From positions 124,001-188,000 of the forward strand of contig JBLDXI010000017.1 in assembly GCA_047495785.1 (NCBI GenBank): DNA of 64,000 nt, read 5' to 3'. The notes beneath the pieces are model-generated. The model did not search any database. It saw nothing but the letters and a program-made list of their open reading frames with translations, and was not told the origin of the DNA. The position numbers and the translations under genes were made by a program. The DNA comes from Lepidodermella squamata. Its lineage: Eukaryota; Animalia; Gastrotricha. Of the stretch, positions 1-12,934 are shown piece after piece. Numbering within the stretch: position 1 is the stretch's first letter; the number at the start of each line of letters is the position of its first letter.

Positions 1-2161
1 CAGCAACTGCCACTATAGCAGTTGTGTTATTCAGCAATACAACTATAGAGCCCAAGTCATTTCAGTTGAGGTTTTTTAAGCTAACGATATCTGCTCAGTG
101 CGTAGTGCGACATGTCAACCACGACATTCGCGCTAACGACATTTGAGCTGACTATAAATTAATTATTAATTTAAGTGTTGAATCTTGGCTATACGAGCGG
201 AGCGAGCATGCCCAGCTCCACCTCTATAGCTTTTTGAAGGTCCATTGTATTTGAATAATAATAAAAATAATTAACATAAATTTAGCTGATTTGTCGAGTG
301 GCTAAGTTGTCGCTTCGCTCAGCTCAGTTCGCGCAAATATCTTAGAGCCTTTAATTCGACGAATGTGGAAAACTTCTACTGCCCAAATATATTATTACAA
401 ATCTTTTGCGAAAGTGGCAGTTGCTGAAGTGTCGCCTGCTCAATCGGCAATGCTGAGGTGAAGTCGTTGAACTACGTTCTACTGAACTTTCCTAAAACCT
501 ATAATGTTTCGATGGGACGAATTTGAGATCGGCGCTTCCCCGGACGCTCTCATGCTCCTATGGGCTTAGGGCAATCACGTTCATACGTTCAAACTACGCT
601 CAAAACATTCATTTTTTTCATTTCTTTATCAGTGCGTAGTTTATAAACAGCACGTGTCGTTTCATTCACATTTTCTTTTCCAAAATCATGAAAAAAATGT
701 GATAAAGAAATGACGTTTTATTTTATAAAATAAAATGGAAAAAATCGAATAAAGAAATGATATTTATTTTAATTTTAAAATTTAAAATGGTAAAGAAATG
801 TCAGTGTTTAATTTTAATTTTAAAATAAAAAATAGCTTGTGATAAAGAAACGCACCCAATATTGTACGTGTTCGATCGCGCGAGTGATTGGCGGCAAAAT
901 GAAAGTTGTTTTCAGCGTCGCTGGTTTCGCCCTTCTCGCGCGCGACCATTTGAAGTCATGTGACTTTAAAGTATTCGTAATATTGGGTGCATTTCTTTAT
1001 TACAAGCCATTTTTAATTTAAAATAAAAATTAAACACTGACATTTCTTTATCATTTTAAATTTCAAAATTAAAATAAATATCATTTTTATTCGATTTTTT
1101 CCATTTTATTTTATAAAATAAAACGTAATTTCTTTATCACATTTTTTCATGATTTTGGAAAAGAAAATGTGAATGAAACGACACGTGCTGTTTATAAACT
1201 ACGCACTGATAAAGAAATGAAAAAATGTTTTGAGCGTAGTTTGAACGTATGAACGTGATTGCCATAAGCCCATAGGAGCATGAGAGCGTCCGGGGAAGCG
1301 CCGATCTCAAATTCGTCCCATCGAAACATTATAGGTTGTAGGAAAGTTCAGTAGAACGTAATTCAAGGACTTCAACTCAGCATTGCCGATTGAGTAGGCG
1401 ACACTTCAGCAACTGCCACTTCCGCATAAGATTTGTAATGATATATTTGGGCAGGGCTCACCACCAAGCGTCACAGGAATACACCGCTTGCAGCAGCGAT
1501 TACGCAACGCAAATAATGCGCATGCAGCGTGAGTGCACAAGGTGGCGCACGCGCGCTTGACTTGCAACATAAATATTTTAAACGCAACCGTATTCAACCA
1601 AAGTGCAGCAGGAATTAACCAACCCGAAACACGATTTTTACAATTTTGTAACAGGCATTTGAACCGCTTAAAAAACATTTTGGCTGGCAATATTTGCTAC
1701 CGCCATGGTTTTCATTAACGATTTTCAGACTTTTCATCAAAAAATTGCCGTCAGCTAAAAGCTCGCTTCGCTCGCATCTATGTAGTTTGGGCTTAATTTG
1801 GGTCAATGAAAAATATCCCCTCTCCCCTCCAACTATTAAGAGAAGTGTTTTGGTGCTTCGCACGCGACCGCTAAATTCAAAAATCCCCCAAAAAATCTTT
1901 AACCTTCGAAACAGCAACAAGTCATTTTACGGGACAGCCGGGGGTGCTGATGTAGTGGTTATTTATATTGATGTCGAAATAAAGGTGGCCGTCGACGACA
2001 CTGCCAAAATATATGTATAACACCAAATGTTACGGTTATTCCGGTGAGCTAGACCTTACACGTGGATGCCGCCTGCAATTATCAGCAATTACCCCTTCTT
2101 ATTCTCGGGGTAGTTATATTCTTATTCTTATATTCTTCTTATATTTGGGCAGTAGAAGTTT

Positions 2162-3381
2162 GGGTGCGTTTCTTTATCTCAATTTTATTTCATTTTTTAA
2201 AATAAAATGAAAATAAAATGGTCGTTTCATTGATATTCATCGTTTATAAATTTTTTGTGTTTTCACGTTTCTTTTCGTCATTTTATTTTATAAAATGGCG
2301 CAAATAAAGCACGCGTTTCATCGAAAAAATCCATTTTTTTAGCTCAAGGAAAAACAGGGGGTAGAGCCGTTTTGGTCTTATTTTACACTTGTATTCTGAG
2401 GCTTTTCTGCGGAAAAACGTCCATTTTTATATCGTCTTATATAGAATTGCGCTCGTAGAAGAGTTCAGCGGAACTAGGTTCGACAACGTCACTTCTCTAT
2501 GGCAATGTTTGAGCAGTGATACTTCAGCAACTGCCACTATAGCAGTTGTGTTATTCAGCAATACAACTATAGAGCCCAAGTCATTTCAGTTGAGGTTTTT
2601 TAAGCTAACGATATCTGCTCAGTGCGTAGTGCGACATGTCAACCACGACATTCGCGCTAACGACATTTGAGCTGACTATAAATTAATTATTAATTTAAGT
2701 GTTGAATCTTGGCTATACGAGCGGAGCGAGCATGCCCAGCTCCACCTCTATAGCTTTTTGAAGGTCCATTGTATTTGAATAATAATAAAAATAATTAACA
2801 TAAATTTAGCTGATTTGTCGAGTGGCTAAGTTGTCGCTTCGCTCAGCTCAGTTCGCGCAAATATCTTAGAGCCTTTAATTCGACGAATGTGGAAAACTTC
2901 TACTGCCCAAATATATTATTACAAATCTTTTGCGAAAGTGGCAGTTGCTGAAGTGTCGCCTGCTCAATCGGCAATGCTGAGGTGAAGTCGTTGAACTACG
3001 TTCTACTGAACTTTCCTAAAACCTATAATGTTTCGATGGGACGAATTTGAGATCGGCGCTTCCCCGGACGCTCTCATGCTCCTATGGGCTTAGGGCAATC
3101 ACGTTCATACGTTCAAACTACGCTCAAAACATTCATTTTTTTCATTTCTTTATCAGTGCGTAGTTTATAAACAGCACGTGTCGTTTCATTCACATTTTCT
3201 TTTCCAAAATCATGAAAAAAATGTGATAAAGAAATGACGTTTTATTTTATAAAATAAAATGGAAAAAATCGAATAAAGAAATGATATTTATTTTAATTTT
3301 AAAATTTAAAATGGTAAAGAAATGTCAGTGTTTAATTTTAATTTTAAAATAAAAAATAGCTTGTGATAAAGAAACGCACCC
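2162..3381 (+). mobile_element. Non-autonomous TIR DNA element (~1.2 kb MITE, PIF/Harbinger-like termini), copy E
   Basis: Starts GGGTGCGTTTCTTTATC and ends GATAAAGAAACGCACCC. It has AT-rich subterminal repeats, an internal inverted CTTCAGCAACTGCCACT pair, and no coding capacity. A partial earlier copy ends at 857. Confidence 0.7.
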
Positions 3382-3508
3382 AATATTGTACGTGTTCGAT
3401 CGCGCGAGTGATTGGCGGCAAAATGAAAGTTGTTTTCAGCGTCGCTGGTTTCGCCCTTCTCGCGCGCGACCATTTGAAGTCATGTGACTTTAAAGTATTC
3501 GTAATATT

Positions 3509-5405
3509 GGGTGCATTTCTTTATTACAAGCCATTTTTAATTTAAAATAAAAATTAAACACTGACATTTCTTTATCATTTTAAATTTCAAAATTAAAATA
3601 AATATCATTTTTATTCGATTTTTTCCATTTTATTTTATAAAATAAAACGTAATTTCTTTATCACATTTTTTCATGATTTTGGAAAAGAAAATGTGAATGA
3701 AACGACACGTGCTGTTTATAAACTACGCACTGATAAAGAAATGAAAAAATGTTTTGAGCGTAGTTTGAACGTATGAACGTGATTGCCATAAGCCCATAGG
3801 AGCATGAGAGCGTCCGGGGAAGCGCCGATCTCAAATTCGTCCCATCGAAACATTATAGGTTGTAGGAAAGTTCAGTAGAACGTAATTCAAGGACTTCAAC
3901 TCAGCATTGCCGATTGAGTAGGCGACACTTCAGCAACTGCCACTTCCGCATAAGATTTGTAATGATATATTTGGGCAGGGCTCACCACCAAGCGTCACAG
4001 GAATACACCGCTTGCAGCAGCGATTACGCAACGCAAATAATGCGCATGCAGCGTGAGTGCACAAGGTGGCGCACGCGCGCTTGACTTGCAACATAAATAT
4101 TTTAAACGCAACCGTATTCAACCAAAGTGCAGCAGGAATTAACCAACCCGAAACACGATTTTTACAATTTTGTAACAGGCATTTGAACCGCTTAAAAAAC
4201 ATTTTGGCTGGCAATATTTGCTACCGCCATGGTTTTCATTAACGATTTTCAGACTTTTCATCAAAAAATTGCCGTCAGCTAAAAGCTCGCTTCGCTCGCA
4301 TCTATGTAGTTTGGGCTTAATTTGGGTCAATGAAAAATATCCCCTCTCCCCTCCAACTATTAAGAGAAGTGTTTTGGTGCTTCGCACGCGACCGCTAAAT
4401 TCAAAAATCCCCCAAAAAATCTTTAACCTTCGAAACAGCAACAAGTCATTTTACGGGACAGCCGGGGGTGCTGATGTAGTGGTTATTTATATTGATGTCG
4501 AAATAAAGGTGGCCGTCGACGACACTGCCAAAATATATGTATAACACCAAATGTTACGGTTATTCCGGTGAGCTAGACCTTACACGTGGATGCCGCCTGC
4601 AATTATCAGCAATTACCCCTTCTTATTCTCGGGGTAGTTATATTCTTATTCTTATATTCTTCTTATATTTGGGCAGTAGAAGTTTTCCACATTCGTCGAA
4701 TTAAAGGCTCTAAGATATTTGCGCGAACTGAGCTGAGCGAAGCGACAACTTAGCCACTCGACAACTCAGCTGAATTTATGTTAATTATTTATTATTATTA
4801 TTCAAATACAATGGACCTTCAAAAAGCTACAGAGGTGGAGCTGGGCATGCTCGCTCCGCAGGTATAGCCAAGAGTCAACACTTAAATTAATAATTAATTT
4901 ATAGTCAGCTCAAATGTCGTTAGCGCGAATGTCGTGGTTGAAATGTCGCACTACGCACTGAACAGATATCGTTAGCTATAAAGACCTCAACTGAAATGAC
5001 GTGGGCTCTATAGTTGTATTGCTGAATAACACAACTGCTATAGTGGCAGTTGCTGAAGTGTCACTGCTCAAACATTGCCATAGAGAAGTGACGTTGTCGA
5101 TCCAAGTTCCGCTGAACTCTTCTACGAGCGCAATTCTATTTAGGACAATATAAAAATTGACTTTTTTCCGCAGAAAAGCCTCAGAATACAAGTGTAAAAT
5201 AAGACCAAAACAGCTCCACCCCTTGTTTTTCCTTGAGCTAAAAAATGGATTTTTTCGATGAAACGCGTGCTTTATTTGCGCCATTTTATAAAATAAAATG
5301 ACGTGAAACACAAAAAATTTATAAACGATGAATATCAATGAAACGACCATTTTATTTTCATTTCATTTAAAAAATGAAATAAAATTGTGATAAAGAAACG
5401 CACCC
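3509..5405 (-). mobile_element. Inverted second copy of element E, carrying a 685-bp insertion
   Basis: Reverse complement of 2162-3381 with scattered substitutions. Flanked by ATT (3506-3508) and ATT (5406-5408), a candidate 3-bp TSD. A truncated equivalent lies at 985-2161. Confidence 0.7.
3979..4663 (+). mobile_element. Insertion with 13-bp flanking direct repeats and a simple-repeat tail (SINE-like or Helentron-derived); also at 1455-2139
   Basis: TATATTTGGGCAG at 3966-3978 and 4664-4676, present once in the uninterrupted copy. The 3' end has a TACCCC...GGGGTA hairpin followed by TTATATTC/TTATTC repeats. Confidence 0.55.
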
Positions 5406-6138
5406 ATTGTTTGCATCGCATTTTTTCAATAACTTCGTAACCGTGTGGCGGATTTTTTGATGCGGTTTTCTTTAGTCAATAAATCTAGTCTGCGGTACAT
5501 TTTCCTGAAATTTTCGTTAGGATGGAATCCGAAAAAAAATTATGACCAAACTGCTATTTGCGATTTTTAATAACAATCCTAATTTTTCATTCAAAAGTGG
5601 CGTTTTCAGGTTTTGAGGTCGGATGGCATTATAGTCCTGTTAACAGGCTTTATCGGATCATTTTCTTAGCTGGGTCAATAACGCGCCGTCAACAGACCAA
5701 TTCAACTTCAAACCAACAGAAGGGATCATCCGCCAATCTCGATCCGAAATGGCTTTTCCGAATTTTTTGAGTGATCTTTGTTAACTTGGTGAAGCCTCCT
5801 GCCTGAAGTTTTGGATAGGTACAATTAGTCGTAAAATTTCTCGCATTTTCTTGAATCTCCTTAAATCTCCTAGATTTTTTTCAAGTCGATATTTTTCCAC
5901 AAAGAAAGTCCTATATCCATGGCGCAGGACATCGAAAGTGATAAGTGCAGCGTAAAAATTAGCGAGACTCACGAAATTTTTCGAAAGTTCGCTCCAAGTA
6001 TCGACATGTGGACCATGATGCAGGCTACCTGGGTCATTAAAAAACTGCTTCAATTTCAATTTAAATGATCATGAAAATTAGTTGTATTTGTAACTGCGAA
6101 ACCATTTGTCGTCGATAACACCAGTTAAAATTTCTTGT

Positions 6139-6210
6139 GTCGCCGGTTGGAGCTGAACCCGGGTCGCCTTGCATAAGAATGGGACGCGTTACTACTAGAC
6201 CAGCTTGCCG
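6139..6210 (-). pseudogene. tRNA-derived relic (SINE head or pseudo-tRNA)
   Basis: Minus strand has A-box-like TGGTCTAGTAG and B-box-like CCGGGTTCAGCTCC at tRNA spacing. The acceptor stem does not pair convincingly. Confidence 0.4.
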
Positions 6211-8089
6211 CTCATTAAGAGTAATGGTTTATCGGAACTGTGTATCGAATGCTTTAGATTATGCTTTCGGTAATTTCGAGGTATAAAAAGATGCTATGTT
6301 GACTACTAGTCGACAGTGTCCCATTTTTGAGTGAGTCTGCTCGTCCACATGATATGTACGAGATTAATCCATAAAATTTTCAAAGTTCAGCAGATATATT
6401 CTCTAAATATATGTACGAGCAGCCATTCCGCCCATTTTTTAGACAGAGAAATCAGAGCAATGAAGTGTGAGCGTTTAAAATTATATTTAATTGATTAAAT
6501 TAGGGTAATTTTATTTTCAAGAGGGCCATTTCGTTCAATTTTGCCTTGAAAATTCGACAAAATCAAAGTTGCAACTTGATGATGGCTAAACATCACGGGA
6601 AAAATTGTATAATTACCAACATGAGCCCAACATTAGCCCATGCCCCATCAACCATCAAATAAACCATTTCGAGTTATGAATGAAAGTTTGATCTTTGATT
6701 TTCTTGCAGACTATGACTAGCTACATCTTGATCGATTGTGATTTGCGATTCAGAATTGATAGGCTCAGTTGCAACTTGAAGTCCTGATGAGCGCAGAAAA
6801 ATCATCGGTTAAATCGGAAGAATCGGTGGCTGCGGGACGACGAACCTTGATTATAAACAGCTGATAATGGCCTTATATTGTGTGGTCCCCAATAGGTATT
6901 ATCCCGTCTCTGACCTGAAATTAATTGCTGCCTGGCATTCATTTATTTGTTACAAAAAACCTCATAATCAAGCTCACAACCTTCATTCATGCAAGTTGCA
7001 TCTCGACATTTCGCATCTCCAACATCTAACACTGCCATTTATTCGAGGGTGACTACTTTTTCGGACAGACAGGCACCCTATTGAAGTTAGGAGTTATGCT
7101 TATCTCCCTTTCTATTTTTTGTCAGCTGATTTTCGCTGTTTATAGACTGTTTATAGACACTAGTTTATCGACATTGTTTTCGATACAAACCGGGGCGGCA
7201 ACGATAGTAAGTCTAGGAACAAACTTATTCGACTACTTAAGACTCAATATAAATAGGAGAAAATAAGTTCTTTCATTCGGAGCATTTTAATAATCAAATA
7301 ATTAGTTTTGATAAGGATAGTCGACCAAGAAGCCTCAAAACCGGCAGTTCTCGTCAAAATTCGAAAGTGAGAATGTCAGTGGATCTTTGTTTAAATGGCA
7401 TAACAGGTAAATGGATCACGGAACGGGCCATTCGGCGACTGCAACGAAAGGAGAAACTAACAAGGCGAATACTGAGAAAAATACTGACCTCACCGGGGCG
7501 GCACTTATCACGACGGCATTCGAAAGATTTAGCTCCCTTGAAGCAACGATAGTAAGTCTGCGCATAGGAGCAAAGTTAGACGAAACAGATACTTCTTTTG
7601 TGTCAACAAATTACCTTATAAGCGGCTATGTGGTTGCAAACCAGCAAATTACGGCCGAAATACTCGTAACCGTTGAAGTTCGGAGACTGTGGTTGGAGTG
7701 AAAGGTTTTAAGCGAGTTATTTAGTTTTCATCTCGCAATAAACCCACCACTGTTGTTTCGTTAGCCATGCACTTCATACCACCTGCAATGCATCGGAATC
7801 CGCCTTTGCTCTCGCACTTTCTAGCCGGCTTGACAAAAGGAATTAAAAATACAGTTTACACCGAAGTAAGAACCCCTGAGTGGAACCGCCGAATCCACAA
7901 AATCACTATTGGCTCTGGACTGAAAATTGTCGAAGCCAGAGATTGGGTAGATTTTCCAGCATCTTTCCATGTTATATTTGGAAATTCTCAGAAAAATAAT
8001 GATTTTAAGGATCTTGTGGATTCGGTGTACCCAGGAATTTTGCTTCGAACCGATCTATGAATTACTTGATCTAGCTAAATTGAATGTAA

Positions 8090-11000
8090 TCAACTAACCC
8101 CGAGACTGCATTTACTCAACAGGAAACTCGTGTTAGGGCCACCAAGCTGTTCCTCACCAGCCAGGCACGGTTTACGGCAACCTTCGAACTCCTTGGTTTT
8201 TGAGTTAATGCAGCGAGCTCCCCGCTCCTCCCCAGCAGGGGGCTGCTGAGGATCAACTGCATAATAAAACATAAGAAAAGATGTCTAGAATTGAAGTGCG
8301 CTGTGTCGATAAATTATTCTCTTACCCAACTTCTTTGGAGAAACGCAGGGTGACAGACTTGGCGGATTTCCAGCCATACAAGTGAGCCCAGGACCATTGC
8401 CCAAGTTGCGGCACGCGTTGCCAGAGTCGTTGCGGCTGCCGCGGGGGAACAGCAGTTTCGTAAAGTTCTGTTGGGTCGACCACTGCAGACACGGGCCATT
8501 AGAGATGCTAGTCGCAATGGCGGATCCTTCGTAATCGTAAGCACTCTGTGTGATCGTCAATTCTGGGTCCACAGAGGTCGCAGCAACTTGCGGACAAGTC
8601 GCGTAAACGACCAGCTTGAAGCCATTCTGTGGCGTGAAGCCCTTCGATCTGAAATAGACCATTGCCCGGTTTTTGTTCGTGACAAACGCCCGTCCGCTGT
8701 TAACACCACATTCGCAGAATCTGTAAAATAAGCCATTTATTGATTTCAGTAATCGATTTGAAAGCGAACAGCTATTAAGATTAAACACAGTGGACAAAAA
8801 GTGACAAATGGTGAACTTACTTGAATCCCGGGTATCCTCCTTCGCCGAAATCGCGAATTATAACGTAGTCTTCACATGCTCTTGTGGCTTTGGGAAACAG
8901 AAATAGAAATTTCAGTTTGTCATTATATACAAAAGCAACTAACAGCTCATGCACGGCATCTTCGGTCGCTCTTCAAAGGCGAAAATAAAGCCACTCGTAA
9001 CATCCTGTTATGGGTTATGGAGAATAATATCAGTTTTGTTGAATGTATTTTTCTACTTATTGTTTTGATTTTACTTTGTTGTTGTTCCCTATTATTCTTT
9101 GTTACGGCTATGAAGATGAAATGAAAAATTCAAATTTGTGATTTATCAATATCACAAATGAATCCGGCCTATAACTTTGTTATCTTCTCCTACTACACTT
9201 TTCTTGTCCTAACTGAATCTGTCCTGCAATTTTATGTTGTTTTCCCTAACATTGTCGAGCTGCCCTCTCTTGGACGTAACAGCTTTATAAAATAAATGAA
9301 TAAATAAAAAGTGTGATGTTTTCTGATTCGATTCAACCATCATTTCGCCCTGCTCAAACCACCACACTTTAGTACCATTTTTGGTAGCTTCGAATCGGTC
9401 TGCAGTGATTTACAATGAAGAATGTCGAAGCTAGATGCTAAGAAACCAAATTCCCACACCACTGATTAGGCATTTCCTTATTCTAGAGTTATTATGGATA
9501 AATAAGCAGTTGCTATCACCCCTCAACTATCAGGGGCGACACGCTAATAGCAAAGGAAAGCTTGTTTTTCTTACCGTTGAGACAAGCCATGAGCAAGAAC
9601 TGCCGGCAGTGTATTGGCCAGGATAGTTTGGCGAAGTAATGACAGCTGATTTGCAAGGTTTCACAGTCACAAGGCCGCCACAGCTGTTGGGCGGGATGGC
9701 CGGGGCAAACGAGTCACACAGGTCTGAACCGAAGCCGGGAGGGCATCTGCATTTTTCGCACGCTTGCGTCGGGTCGGGAAAGCCGCCGTTTTGGCAAACC
9801 AATTGCTGACATTTTGGAAATGCGTCTGAAATATTTTTGAATAATTCATTCTGATTTTTGTACCTAATAGCGTAATAGCTCCAAGTTTCTCAGCTGAGAG
9901 TTACGCTCCCGGCGTGCATTCGGTCACGTGATACAGCGCGAAGAGAGCCGTAGTAAATTTTCTATTATAGGCTGAGAATAGGCTGAGAACAAGCCGAATG
10001 TCGGCCGAGAATAGGGCGTAAGACAATATCGGAGTGTCGCCGTAGTAGTAACAATAATCAACGCGACACGTTACCCGAAATTGACCAGCAAGAGTTAAAT
10101 TGGTATGAGATTCGTTGCGCGAGGGTGGAAAACGTAGACTAGGCGCATTCTAGTCACAATGACCAAATAGCGCAACTCAGCGCGAGTTGCCAGTGGCAAT
10201 AATTTTTAAAGGATTTGGAACTTTCGGATGTCTGTCGGATGATTAAAAATCGGCAGTGTAATTCAAATCAGCCTACCGAAGCATTGATACGCGCGGTTAA
10301 GCATCAGAATATCGTAGTGCGAAAGGTGGTCCATGCTGCCGATGAACATCAAGTGGCGCAAATCGAAAGGTTCAATGACAGCGTCATCGCCAACGCGGCC
10401 GTTACTGTCCGATACCAGAGTGTCGTAGTCGTAGGGTGTGCCATATATCGGTATGGTCGCATCTATGTCGTAACTGAAGCCTGACAATATTTAGCTGACA
10501 AGGCGATCGAAAATGGATCAATTACCCATAAGCAGCAATTCCGACATTGAATTTGACGTAAGCATCGCGCCCGGGTCTCCGGAACCCCCACTTGAACCCC
10601 ATAAAGTACATCATCGCTCTAATTATATCCTCGGGCTAAGCCAAAAAAGTTCGAAAGATGACGAATTAATCTAATGCTACTTACGTAAACCGAGAGCCCT
10701 TTGTAAATGCTGGCGTCCACCTCGGGCAGGCACAAACACACGGTATTCGGGTAATAGATTGAATAGCCATTCACGAAAAGCTGGTTATTATTGCTGTTAA
10801 CGAACCCGTTGAGAAAGAATTCACGAAAATTTAAGCTGATATCTACCTATACTGCCCCAATATGACGTATCCAGGTTCACCCACCGTGAAGTTGTCCTTT
10901 GTCTGGATTTCGAACTGCAAACACGTTGTGCTCGTAAAACGTTGCATTACTTGCTGGAAGACGTTGCGTGCCGTAGGACCTGTTTAAAACGGATTAAATA

Positions 11001-12257
11001 GAAAGTGTAAAATTCGAATTTTGCAACCTATTAGGTGCGCAAAAAAGCTAGGCGTGAATCGCGTAATTTTCATAAACCTAGAAAAACCGCTACTTTTTGG
11101 AAGCTTCTCAAAATTATTGCACATTTTCCGGCCCGCCGGTGTTTCCTCCGCGCGCGCGCTCCTATTGGTTACATCGTTTTACGCGTAAATACGCCTCGCG
11201 CTATTTATTGCGCAACAAATAATTGCAGACTTCCCTCGCGCGCGCAGGAAAGTGTATAAGTTCGAAATTCAGGAGAATAACGGATATGCGTGGTGCGTGG
11301 TAATTTTCTTATTTTCGCTTTTTTTCATTGGTATTTCAAGTGAAATTTGAAAATAATTTTCCCCTGAAATGTTCAACATCTAACCCACCCTTAAATAGCC
11401 TAAAATAGCGCGCCTAAAATGGCTATTTCTAGTTTATTGTTTTTTTTATTTCATAATTCATAAAAAAGCGTGTTCTTCGAAAAAAATCCATCGCATCATT
11501 TCTCTTAAATCAAATTTTTATAATATTCTTATGGCCGGTGTTTTTGGATACGAACAGAAAAGTCATCAAATAAGTCATCACGATGCAGTCAATTTTGTTG
11601 TCGCATTAACAATACCAAACATCCTTTATTTTTGTATTTTTCTTCGGAAAGCATGCAACAAGCTTGTCTTTGACTTAGCGCACGGGCGCGTTCGAGTGCG
11701 CGCGCGCGGTGAAGGCTATAATTATCTTGTATTGTTGCGCAATAAGCCCTAACCAATAGGAGCGCGCGCGCGGAGGAAACACCGGCGGGCATGAAAATGT
11801 GCAAATTTATTGAGTAAATTAGTGGCATGTCGATGCCATTATTAAAGAATTCAAGGTGTTGAAATATTCGCAACTAATAGCAACAAATAAAAATCCTGAC
11901 CTTGAAGTTTGAAGTACCCATGAAGGATTAAATATAATTTGAAAATTCTTTTGTGACTTTTTGCTTGCTTTTGTGACGCTTTTGAAAAAACCCGAGATTC
12001 AATTTTCCGAAAATCCTCAGCGTAATCTTACCAACGATTGACCTTCCAAATTCTTTGGACCACCCGGCGTCCCAGTTCTCATCATCGGGAATGTAAATCT
12101 TGATTGGCGACCCTGGGAAGGGCCCAACGCCCCGAAGCAAGGGCAGATCTTCCCCACCAGCATTCTCAGCCGGGCCCGGCAAACGTTGGTTGGCTACGGG
12201 GGGCTGAGCGATCGCCAGCCAAGCAACACAGCTGATAGTTATCAGCAATCGAAGCAT
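8090..12257 (-). CDS. Secreted astacin-family (M12A)-like protein: signal peptide, degenerate astacin, EGF, CUB, kringle; ~11 exons; predicted non-catalytic
   Basis: Signal MLRLLITISCVAWLAIA at 12257. Astacin landmarks TTCLQF (~10920), GF..RPGRDAYV (~10560-10610), YGTPYDYD and LSHYDILMLNRAYQC. EGF CQNGGFPDP..CRCPPGFGSDLC. CUB CGG..ITSPNYPGQY..CSWLV. Kringle YEG..TSISNGPCLQW..NACRN. GT-AG joins keep frame to the stop at 8090. Confidence 0.85.
11117..11804. mobile_element. Intronic foldback/MITE-like element
   Basis: TTGCACATTTTC..GCCCGCCGGTGTTTCCTCCGCGCGCGCGCTCCTATTGGTTA at 11117-11171 and its reverse complement at ~11751-11804, with further imperfect inverted blocks inside. Confidence 0.7.
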
Positions 12258-12934
12258 TTCACTGCTGCAATGTGGTAAACGCGACCTAGACATTAGACAA
12301 ATAAATATTTTCTCGTAAAAGCTTCGGTTCAGAAAGATACACGCCAATTAATAACTTGATACTGGCTAGTAATTGTTCCGATTTTTTTTAAAAGAAATAC
12401 GCATTGTCCGTATAATAGCTTCACCGGCTTCAAAAAGCTTATTTTCGTATTTTAAGGGGCAAATTGCCATAAAAATCGGCTCGCTTCGCTGGCATTGTAT
12501 TTGTTTTCCTGTTTTTAGCAAAGAAAAAACCCATAGGACAACGCCGTAGACTTCAGGTTTTCGGAGATTATGAATGTTTTTAAATAGCAAGCATAAGGGC
12601 CCCCCTAACGTTCTCAAAATTGTTAGCTTGGAGCTGAGCTTAGACGGACCACTGATCAATCTACAACTCACAGCAAATCGAAAAAATCGAAAAATCACAT
12701 ATTTCAAATGTTTGTACATTTTTTTCATTTTTGTCAATTTTTCATTTACATTACCTGGTCCGCCTGTTTCGTAGTCCGCGCGCGTTCTATCATTAAATAG
12801 AAAGTCACGCGCATCTCATCAGAGGTTAATTATCGAAAACGTTGTCGGTTTTTGGACCAAAATAAAATTCTTGCAATTTTCCATCGATTGAATAAGGGAT
12901 TCTCGTGCGAAAAATTGACAGGGAAAAAGTTGTA

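Larger units (their letters stand above)
1..4685. repeat. Direct tandem duplication, period 2524 bp (1-2161 = 2525-4685; the first unit probably extends left of the window)
   Basis: Sequence at 1 recurs at 2525. The ORF track repeats identical ORFs at +2524 (839/3363, 1406/3930, 1694/4218). Identity breaks at ...gggcagtagaagttt|gggtgcg (2161/2162) versus ...gaagttt|tccac (4685). Confidence 0.95.

Noticed and set aside
839-5350. Short ORFs repeated twice in the first 5 kb
   Set aside because: They lie in non-coding TIR repeats and recur only because of the duplication. No protein motifs.
6139-6210. Functional tRNA gene
   Set aside because: A and B boxes are degenerate and no good acceptor stem can be drawn. 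Kept only as a relic.
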